This document shows, piece after piece, positions 23,179 through 29,334 of a stretch of DNA of 29,334 nucleotides. Both the position numbers and the translations under genes were made by a program. Position 1 is the stretch's first letter. Every line of letters starts with the position of its first letter. This stretch comes from Candidatus Altiarchaeota archaeon (GTDB lineage Archaea > SpSt-1190). The notes below the pieces were generated by a model. The model made no database searches, had not been told where the DNA came from, and was given only the letters and a program-made list of their open reading frames with translations. The stretch covers positions 1 to 29,334 of the forward strand of contig JAAOXV010000034.1 of NCBI GenBank assembly GCA_018220955.1. Reading direction: 5' to 3'.

Positions 23179-23485
23179 TTAGCTCCTTCATCTTTGCTGT
23201 GAGCTTTTTCTCTTGTGATTCAAAAGTTTTTACTCTTATCTCCAGCTTTTCCTGTGTTTGTTTTAGGTCTGCCAGCACATCAATCCTTTTTTTCTTGACC
23301 AACGCTGGCCCAATAGCCTTGAATACTTCATCTACCTTTTCTTTTTCAAGCGCATTTACGGCAGAATTGATTTCCTCTTGTTGTAGTTCAAGCTGTTGTT
23401 TTTGATAGATCAACATCTGAAATTGTTGTTGATATGTCTGCAGTTGAACAAGAGCGTGTTTTGCTTGTGGTGAAAGTTCTTCCAT
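23159..23485 (-). CDS. pfdB: Prefoldin beta subunit
   Basis: 108-aa coiled-coil protein with a Q/E-rich heptad pattern and a central beta-hairpin region (IGPALVKKK). It sits in the conserved superoperon position after pcc1. Confidence 0.7.
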   Translation of the reverse strand: MEELSPQAKHALVQLQTYQQQFQMLIYQKQQLELQQEEINSAVNALEKEKVDEVFKAIGPALVKKKRIDVLADLKQTQEKLEIRVKTFESQEKKLTAKMKELSEKIGT

Positions 23486-23742
23486 TATATCGCCTCCTCA
23501 ATTTTTTGCAAGGATTCATAGATTCTCAGTTGTGAATTGATTCTTGCCTTTAGCTGACTCGATTTGTCGGCTTTTATAATTATCCTTAGCTTGTTATCTG
23601 ACCAGCTAATGTTTTCTGATGCCAATGCAAGAAAAACATTTTCTGAGCTTGGAAGGACCAGCTCGGCACTTAACGCGCCTTGACTGTCTTTATTGCTGCT
23701 GGTCTTGTTTTTACCAGAATCTTGTAGCCGCAAAACGGACAC
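23485..23742 (-). CDS. pcc1: KEOPS complex subunit Pcc1-like
   Basis: The C-terminal NKLRIIIKADKSSQLKARINSQLRIYESLQKI matches Pcc1 (..L.I.IEAEDL.ALRA.INS.LRWI..). It lies in the conserved position between rpoP and pfdB. The N-terminal 24 codons overlap rpoP in another frame, so the start is uncertain. Confidence 0.5.
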   Translation of the reverse strand: MSVLRLQDSGKNKTSSNKDSQGALSAELVLPSSENVFLALASENISWSDNKLRIIIKADKSSQLKARINSQLRIYESLQKIEEAI

Positions 23743-23810
23743 CTCACTCTATCATAACTGATATTGATACCTACCATCTTTCCGCATCTTATACATCTAT
23801 AGTTACCCAT
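23670..23810 (-). CDS. rpoP: DNA-directed RNA polymerase subunit P (Rpo12 / RPC10)
   Basis: Hand-translated 46 aa: MGNYRCIRCGKMVGINISYDRVRCPFCGYKILVKTRPAAIKTVKAR. It has the two CxxC pairs and the CGYRIL.K.R signature. Its ATG overlaps the rpl37ae stop (TAATG). Confidence 0.75.
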   Translation of the reverse strand: MGNYRCIRCGKMVGINISYDRVRCPFCGYKILVKTRPAAIKTVKAR

Positions 23811-24025
23811 TATACCACCCTGAATGCGCCAGAAGCGAACTTATATCCGCATTTCCGACATTGCCAAATCCCGACTGCCACTCGCTTGACTGCTTCAGCG
23901 CCGCAGCTTGGACACTTGTAGCTGGCCCGTTGTACTCGTTCAATCTCATCAATTTTCTTTTTCGCTCTAGCTCCATATCTAGGTCCAAACCTTTTTGATG
24001 GACGAGCTCGCTTTACTTTTGCCAT
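23810..24025 (-). CDS. rpl37ae: 50S ribosomal protein L37ae (eL43)
   Basis: MAKVKRARPSKRFGPRYGA...YKCPSCGA...WQCRKCGYKFAGGA is the classical L37ae with a C4 zinc ribbon. 71 aa. Confidence 0.9.
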   Translation of the reverse strand: MAKVKRARPSKRFGPRYGARAKKKIDEIERVQRASYKCPSCGAEAVKRVAVGIWQCRKCGYKFASGAFRVV

Positions 24026-24217
24026 TTAATCACCGAATATTACTGCAATCGCCGCCAGACCAGCCACTGCTAACACTGCCAGTAGCATTGGCGGCAGGTT
24101 CAATAGAGAATTGAAGTATTTTAAAAGTTCCCCTATGTACCAGAGCCAAGCTATTCCAGCTAAGAGACCAATCGCCATTAGCCAGCTTAGTGCGCTTTTT
24201 AGCCTGGACCAGTTCAT
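24026..24217 (-). CDS. Hypothetical small membrane protein (63 aa, 2 TM helices)
   Basis: Hydrophobic ORF immediately upstream of rpl37ae and abutting it. The alternative-frame ORF 24030-24221 looks less protein-like. Confidence 0.3.
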   Translation of the reverse strand: MNWSRLKSALSWLMAIGLLAGIAWLWYIGELLKYFNSLLNLPPMLLAVLAVAGLAAIAVIFGD

Positions 24218-24354
24218 ACAAGCCGGTTTTTCAAGGCATTATAACCTTAACCATACATTTTTTAACTACAAGAGCTCTTTACATTCAGGAGGATGACACC
24301 CATGGTATCTGAACCTCATTTGTGAGGGATTGTGATGATGCCGTCCCAGTCTGA

Positions 24355-26061
24355 CTAAATTTTTATTTCTTTTTTTAATATCTCAGCTATCTTCTTGCCA
24401 GAAAATTTGCCTCGAAACTCCTTCATCACAAGTCCCATTAAGCCCTTTATCGCATTTGGATCAGAGCTAACATAATCTTGTTTTTGTTCAATCAGCTTTT
24501 TGATGAATCGTTTTACCTCTTGTTCCGTAGCCTTACCTATCTCAACCATTTTTCCTGCCAGTGCTGCTTCGGCTGCCTGAGCTAAACTATCGTGTGTGAT
24601 TTTATTTTTTCTACATAACTCCAACACTTCTGTTAGTTTGACATGGTCAATATTGAGTTCCTTTCGCCTGAGTGATGGCACGGTTTCAGTCACCATTATT
24701 GCTGCTAGACGGTCTCCACCGAGTTCATCAAAGAGCCAATAATCTGAGCTTAGATAGAGCTTTTCAGCTATCGAGTTTGGCATTATCTTTTCTAACCGAG
24801 CCAATCGTGCCTGTGGCAGTTCCGGCTTTTCTACTTTGAACGGTTTGACTGGTGGTATATCTGTTTCTGGATACATTCTGGCGCTGCCAGGCAATGGACG
24901 CAAGTATGAGCTTGACCCGTCTTCGAGCGCTTTTCGAGTGTCTTCTGTTATCCCTGCTGCTAGTTGACTCAACCGTTCAACTACGAGCTTGATTGGTTTT
25001 TCTGATCCTGCTGCCAACACAATCAAGTCTTTATTGCCAGCACCAAAATCTTTTTTTACTTTTTTCAGTTCTAATTTAATGCCATACTTATCAGGGTCCT
25101 CATCAGTGTGAACAAAGCCTCTTTCACCTTTGGACCTTACATATTCTGCCAGTTCCTTTCCAAGATGTTTGTCTTTGTGAATCTGTTCTGCAAACAGCCC
25201 AGCTGAGCCGCTAAGCAGAAGTCCGAATACTTTTTTGTTTTTGAAAATCTTTGATTCAGAGTTTTTGAAGAATTTGCTGACTTCCTTAACTTTACCTTTT
25301 TTTACATTTATCTGTTTTCTGAGCCGTATCAAGTTCCCTTGTCTTTTAATCTCATTTTCAATAATAAGCGGTATCATATGAAGTTCTTGAACACCCTTAA
25401 TCTCAACTCTTGCGCCACCTTTAATAGAAACATTCAAGTCCTGCCTGATGGTACCAATACCTCGTTTGACTCTGGTCATACGAAGTAGCTCACCGATTCG
25501 CCTTGCCACTCGCATTGCCTGTTCACCTGTTGTGATGTCTGGTGCGGTTGTTATTTCAACTAGTGGAATTCCGAGTCTGTCGAGCATAAAGCTCTTTTTG
25601 CCTTTAACTGGCCTGGCTGAGTCTTCTTCAAGACAGAGCTGGTCTATTCTAACTCCTTGAATTACTCCACCCATTGCAATCAGTGAGCTTCGCTGGAACC
25701 CGCTAACAGTTGAACCATCGATTATCAGCTTTCTCATAATCTGTATTTCATCAACAGGCTTTGCCCCTACTAGCTTGGCGATTTTGAGCGCAGTTTCAAG
25801 CGCCACTGTGTTCATCGCATGTGGTGGTTCTTCATCCCATTCAACTGCACAGCTGTTGTTGGTATTGGCTTGGTATTTCACCAAAAAACCTTTTTTGAAC
25901 TCTTCTACTGCTGCTTTATCAAGACCTCCTAGCTCAGATAAGACTGGCCTTAGCTTTCTTGAAAAAACAAAATCAGCCTTATCACTCAGCTTGCTTGGAC
26001 ACTCACAGAATAGCTTGTCTGTGTCGAGCTGTTGATGAATTTCTAGACCGATTTTTGCCAT
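24355..26061 (-). CDS. gatE: Glutamyl-tRNA(Gln) amidotransferase subunit E (archaeal GatDE)
   Basis: MAKIGLEIHQQLDTDKLFCECPS... is the GatE N-terminus. The central region is GatB/E-like and a C-terminal YqeY-like tail is present. 568 aa. Confidence 0.9.
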   Translation of the reverse strand: MAKIGLEIHQQLDTDKLFCECPSKLSDKADFVFSRKLRPVLSELGGLDKAAVEEFKKGFLVKYQANTNNSCAVEWDEEPPHAMNTVALETALKIAKLVGAKPVDEIQIMRKLIIDGSTVSGFQRSSLIAMGGVIQGVRIDQLCLEEDSARPVKGKKSFMLDRLGIPLVEITTAPDITTGEQAMRVARRIGELLRMTRVKRGIGTIRQDLNVSIKGGARVEIKGVQELHMIPLIIENEIKRQGNLIRLRKQINVKKGKVKEVSKFFKNSESKIFKNKKVFGLLLSGSAGLFAEQIHKDKHLGKELAEYVRSKGERGFVHTDEDPDKYGIKLELKKVKKDFGAGNKDLIVLAAGSEKPIKLVVERLSQLAAGITEDTRKALEDGSSSYLRPLPGSARMYPETDIPPVKPFKVEKPELPQARLARLEKIMPNSIAEKLYLSSDYWLFDELGGDRLAAIMVTETVPSLRRKELNIDHVKLTEVLELCRKNKITHDSLAQAAEAALAGKMVEIGKATEQEVKRFIKKLIEQKQDYVSSDPNAIKGLMGLVMKEFRGKFSGKKIAEILKKEIKI

Positions 26062-26108
26062 AAGAACCTTCGGCGAACTCTTTTATATTCATTATCCATA
26101 ATATTATT

Positions 26109-27077
26109 GTGGATATCCGCACTATGAAGGAAAATCTGGCTAAGAGCACAGTTGTTGAGGCGGAAATCGTTTTTGTCATTGTTGCATTTACAGTGATGTT
26201 TCTTTATTTTGTCCCAGCAGCCAGGCAATACGCAGATGCGATAGTGACCTTGCTTGCGATTTTTGTGATTATTCAACTGCTTCGGGTATTTGGCATAATC
26301 AGAGAGATAAAAGAATATGAGAGACTTGTAGTTTTCCGATTCGGTCATTTTCATCGGGTTTCTGGACCTGGTTGGATAGTTATCCTACCAATTCTTGAGA
26401 AAGCGAATCGCTTGGATTTACGAGTCCAGCGAATGGACCTGCCGCCGCAGGAAGTGATAACAGCTGATGAAATTCGAGTTAGAATAGATACGATTGTGTA
26501 TTATCGGGTAAAGGACCCTGCAAAGGCAATCATCAAAGTACAGGAATTTCAGGAAACTGTATCTGGTTATGTGTTTGCAGCTCTGCGTGATATTGCCAGC
26601 AACTTGACCTTGAATGAGCTATATGGAGAAATAGAAAAAGTAAATGACATAGTCAAAGTGAAGATTACTCCTATGACCTCTGATTGGGGACTCGAGATAA
26701 TAGATGTAGAAGTGCAAAACCTGAAAATACCAGATACGATTCAGCAAGCCATGCATGTTAGGAGACAGGCAAAAGAGGAATGGGCGGCCGCACAGTATCA
26801 GGCCAGAGCACAAAGGACTTTGATAGAGGCGCTAGCGGATGCAGCAAGTAAGCTGGATGACAAAGCGTTATCGTATTTGTATATCACAGAAGCAATACCA
26901 AAACTGGCAGAAGGAGCTAGCACAAAGATAATTTTCCCAACCAATTTTCCACAGATGCCTCAGGGAGTGGAGAAGGGCACGGATGAAGCCATGACCCTTA
27001 ACTTAAGTGGACTTTTGCATGAAGGAGATACCTTGCCAGAGAAATTGGCAAAAAAGAAAAAGAAGACAACTGAATGA
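26109..27077 (+). CDS. SPFH/Band 7 (stomatin-prohibitin-like) membrane protein
   Basis: N-terminal TM helix followed by VVFRFGHFHRVSGPGWIVILPI...RVQ..DLPPQEVITADEIRVRIDTIVYYRV, typical of stomatin/HflK-like SPFH domains. Coiled-coil, Lys-rich C-terminus. 322 aa. Confidence 0.8.
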   Translation: MDIRTMKENLAKSTVVEAEIVFVIVAFTVMFLYFVPAARQYADAIVTLLAIFVIIQLLRVFGIIREIKEYERLVVFRFGHFHRVSGPGWIVILPILEKANRLDLRVQRMDLPPQEVITADEIRVRIDTIVYYRVKDPAKAIIKVQEFQETVSGYVFAALRDIASNLTLNELYGEIEKVNDIVKVKITPMTSDWGLEIIDVEVQNLKIPDTIQQAMHVRRQAKEEWAAAQYQARAQRTLIEALADAASKLDDKALSYLYITEAIPKLAEGASTKIIFPTNFPQMPQGVEKGTDEAMTLNLSGLLHEGDTLPEKLAKKKKKTTE

Positions 27078-27296
27078 TTATTGATATACTTTATTTACAT
27101 AAAACAGGAAAAATCCTGCTAAAAGCGTAGCACCGTATGCTATAATTTCTGAGAACCCAAGCCGATAAAATCCATAGGCAATCAGTAGCGCAATCGGTAG
27201 TTCAAAAGCAAACTGGAAAAATCGACCTCGCAATATGACATATAAAAAGAATATCACAAAAAGGACTGCGATTCCAACAGCTATTAGCTGGTCCAT
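27078..27296 (-). CDS. Hypothetical small membrane protein (72 aa)
   Basis: Two or three hydrophobic helices and no recognisable family. Confidence 0.3.
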   Translation of the reverse strand: MDQLIAVGIAVLFVIFFLYVILRGRFFQFAFELPIALLIAYGFYRLGFSEIIAYGATLLAGFFLFYVNKVYQ

Positions 27297-27323
27297 ACAA
27301 GTTCCAGGCCAATTGGTTTAAAT

Positions 27324-27668
27324 CTATATCTCTTTAATCATTTTTTTGAGTCCACGTTTTTCAGGCATTATTTTGAGCCCAGATTCCTGAACGATTTCGG
27401 CTGCTACCCACATTCTCAATTCAGGCTCTTTCACTTTTCTAGCTATTTTTCTTCCCAGCTTTCCTAAAACAGCTAATTCCTCACCCATATCCTGTTTTAG
27501 ATCTTTTGCAATTCCAGCAATGTCGATATCTGTGAACGAGCTTATCTTTAGATGATTAGTTCCATTCACTAGATAGCAGAATTTTCTAACGCCGTCTTCA
27601 CCTTTGTAGCTCGCCCGATAAGCTGTTTTCCATTTTGGTATATTCACAATGAATTCGATTCCGTCCAT
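27324..27668 (-). CDS. Hypothetical protein (114 aa)
   Basis: The ORF has mixed charge and no recognisable motif. It lies 2 nt downstream of the DedA-like gene on the same strand. Confidence 0.35.
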   Translation of the reverse strand: MDGIEFIVNIPKWKTAYRASYKGEDGVRKFCYLVNGTNHLKISSFTDIDIAGIAKDLKQDMGEELAVLGKLGRKIARKVKEPELRMWVAAEIVQESGLKIMPEKRGLKKMIKEI

Positions 27669-27670
27669 GA

Positions 27671-28261
27671 CTATTTTTCTTTTCCGGATTTATAAAATCG
27701 CTTGTTAAAACCAGCCAAAATTATAGCTGCAATTATTAGAACCAGCCCGATTGATATTGGCATCAAGTTATTGTGAATGAGTTCCCAGTTGTGGCCAAGA
27801 AAATAACCAGCTGCTGCCAAAGCAAAGTTCCATGGAAGAGCACCAACAAAGGTCAATACTACAAAGCTAGTCAGAGGAACTCCGGATGCGCCAGCAGGAA
27901 ATGAGATAAATGTCCTGATAGCTGGCAGAAGACGCCCGACAAAGACAGCCTTGGTTCCATACTTGCCAAAGAATTTGTCAGACATCTCCAAATGATGTTC
28001 CAAAATTTTTGGTACATATGGACGGAATTTTGAACCAAGAAAATAGGCTATGATTGAGCCAACCAAGTTGGCGAGCGATGATACTAGTACAACTTGCCAA
28101 AAAGATAGGTGTCCGAGTGATGCCATGAATCCGGCAAATGGCACAACAATCTCACTTGGTATTGGCACGCCAGCTGACTCAAGTAACATAGTAACAAAGA
28201 CAGCTAGCATCCCGAACTGTTCTACCAAAGCCACTAACGGGTCCCATAAGAATTCAAGCAT
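27671..28261 (-). CDS. DedA/VTT-domain (SNARE-associated, TVP38/TMEM64-like) membrane protein
   Basis: LLESAGVPIPSEIVVPFAGF... and FVGRLLPAIRTFISFPAG are typical DedA-family motifs. 196 aa. Confidence 0.7.
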   Translation of the reverse strand: MLEFLWDPLVALVEQFGMLAVFVTMLLESAGVPIPSEIVVPFAGFMASLGHLSFWQVVLVSSLANLVGSIIAYFLGSKFRPYVPKILEHHLEMSDKFFGKYGTKAVFVGRLLPAIRTFISFPAGASGVPLTSFVVLTFVGALPWNFALAAAGYFLGHNWELIHNNLMPISIGLVLIIAAIILAGFNKRFYKSGKEK

Positions 28262-28281
28262 CCCAGAGTTCAGACAAGACC

Positions 28282-28291
28282 TTTTAAATAT
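28282..28291 (+). promoter_or_regulatory. TATA-box-like element (ttttaaatat) about 20 nt upstream of the corA GTG start, suggesting a leaderless or short-leader transcript
   Basis: AT-rich TATA-like octamer preceded by a purine-rich BRE-like stretch. Position relative to the start codon only. Confidence 0.3.
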
Positions 28292-28309
28292 CTAAGCTAA
28301 AAAAAACCT

Positions 28310-29203
28310 GTGAGACGGACTATTAGGCTTTTGGATGGTATAAAAATAAGTGAGAAAACAGATCAATCGGTTTTGGTTGACCTAGTGCATCCAAAAAAAG
28401 AGGATACAAAATTTTTACTTGACAAAGGATTTCAGAAAGATGACATAGATGATTCGCTTGATGTTGATGAGGTACCCAAGCTTTTGAAACAGGCAGGATA
28501 TATTCATGCAGTGCTCAAGTTACCTGTTGAGTCAAACGGACATTTTCAGGAAATGAGCTTTGGTCTTTTCTTATATCAAAAATCAATCTTTATTGTAAGA
28601 AAATTCGATAGTTCTTTTTTTTCTGAACCAGAGGTGTTTTGTGCAAAAAACCATGTAGAATTTCTGCAAAAGCTGCTTAGGCAGATAAACAAACAGATAC
28701 AGAATATATTCAAGAAAACCAATGCAAACTTCAAGTTGTTCGAGAAAAAGTTGTCACAAGGTAAGGGAGATGAAAACATGGCGATTGAAATGTGGAAAAT
28801 CCGGGACGATGTTAGTACCCTGCTCCGCGTGTTGAAAGAGAATGAGATGGTCTATAATACTCTTGCAAGAGGATTGATAGTTAAGATGAATCGAGTCCAG
28901 GTGCTGAGGTTTGAAGATATCTATGAAGACCTGCACCAGATGATTAGTATGTCTGAGACACTCAAATCTGACTTGACCAACGCGTTCGACACATTTATCT
29001 CCATGACCTCTTTTACCATGAGCCGGAAGATTGAAAATCTTACTTATATCACGATAGCTCTTTCTATTCCTGCCATAATCGGAGCGTTTTATGGTATGAA
29101 CTTTATTGAAATTCCATTTAAGGCCCATCCTATGGGTTTTTCAGCTATAGTTGCGTTCTCACTGTTATTTGCAGTTATCATATATTCAATTCTCAACCGC
29201 TAA
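28310..29203 (+). CDS. corA: CorA-family Mg2+/Co2+ transporter (short form)
   Basis: The C-terminus has two TM helices bracketing the YGMNF signature (GMN motif) and is preceded by a coiled-coil cytoplasmic domain. GTG start. 297 aa. Confidence 0.75.
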   Translation: MRRTIRLLDGIKISEKTDQSVLVDLVHPKKEDTKFLLDKGFQKDDIDDSLDVDEVPKLLKQAGYIHAVLKLPVESNGHFQEMSFGLFLYQKSIFIVRKFDSSFFSEPEVFCAKNHVEFLQKLLRQINKQIQNIFKKTNANFKLFEKKLSQGKGDENMAIEMWKIRDDVSTLLRVLKENEMVYNTLARGLIVKMNRVQVLRFEDIYEDLHQMISMSETLKSDLTNAFDTFISMTSFTMSRKIENLTYITIALSIPAIIGAFYGMNFIEIPFKAHPMGFSAIVAFSLLFAVIIYSILNR

Positions 29204-29240
29204 CAAAGCTTTAAATTAGCTAAACCATTCTTCAGATATA

Positions 29241-29311
29241 GCGGCTGTAGTCTAGCGGTAGGATAGTGGCCTGCCACGCCATTGACCCGGGTTCGAATCC
29301 CGGCGGCCGCA
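29241..29311 (+). tRNA. tRNA-Gly (anticodon GCC), 71 nt, no encoded CCA
   Basis: Acceptor GCGGCUG/CGGCCGC. Anticodon stem GUGGC/GCCAU with loop CUGCCAC (GCC). T arm CCGGG-UUCGAAU-CCCGG. Discriminator A. Confidence 0.75.
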
Positions 29312-29334
29312 TCCACCGAGACAGGTCCCGGAGG

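Noticed and set aside
24030-24221. Alternative-frame 63-aa ORF upstream of rpl37ae
   Set aside because: It overlaps the hydrophobic 24026-24217 ORF in another frame and its translation is less protein-like. Only one of the two, if either, can be real.
1-29334. Scan for CRISPR arrays, IS elements, transposases and integrases
   Set aside because: There are no regularly spaced direct repeats with unique spacers. No DDE transposase or tyrosine/serine recombinase signature appears in any frame. The only repeats are the short structured elements next to the tRNAs.

Overview
This is a gene-dense archaeal chromosomal window with about 88% coding sequence and many short overlaps between neighbouring genes. 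Almost every recognisable gene is information-processing machinery.

The + strand from 595 to 5544 carries the 5' half of the archaeal exosome superoperon: proteasome alpha (psmA), SBDS, Rrp4, Rrp41 and Rrp42. It continues unusually into ribosomal protein uS2 and a MEMO1-family protein.

The 3' half of the classical superoperon sits about 18 kb away on the - strand (21871..24217). It reads small membrane protein, L37ae, RpoP, Pcc1 and prefoldin beta, and is extended by UPF0147, SepF and TBP.

Between the two halves, on the - strand, are:
- two tRNAs with flanking structured repeats;
- a TFB gene apparently co-transcribed with a SWIM zinc-finger gene and a tandem pair of a Rab/Ras-like GTPase and its P-loop-degenerate paralog;
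- a geranylgeranyl-reductase-family gene;
- a tight cluster of a TIM-barrel protein, two nucleotidyltransferase-HEPN fusion paralogs, Tsr3, eL40 and a UbiA-like protein.

On the + strand lies an AglH-like GlcNAc-1-P transferase gene, followed on the - strand by TFS, signal peptidase, RNase Z and a bacterial-type AspRS, then an archaeal/eukaryotic-type TrpRS on the + strand. Further along are GatE, then SPFH, DedA and CorA membrane proteins, and a tRNA-Gly.

No CRISPR array, transposase or integrase was found. The three tRNA genes do not encode CCA. The small genes rpoP and rpl40e are below the 60-aa cut-off of the supplied ORF track and were located by hand.
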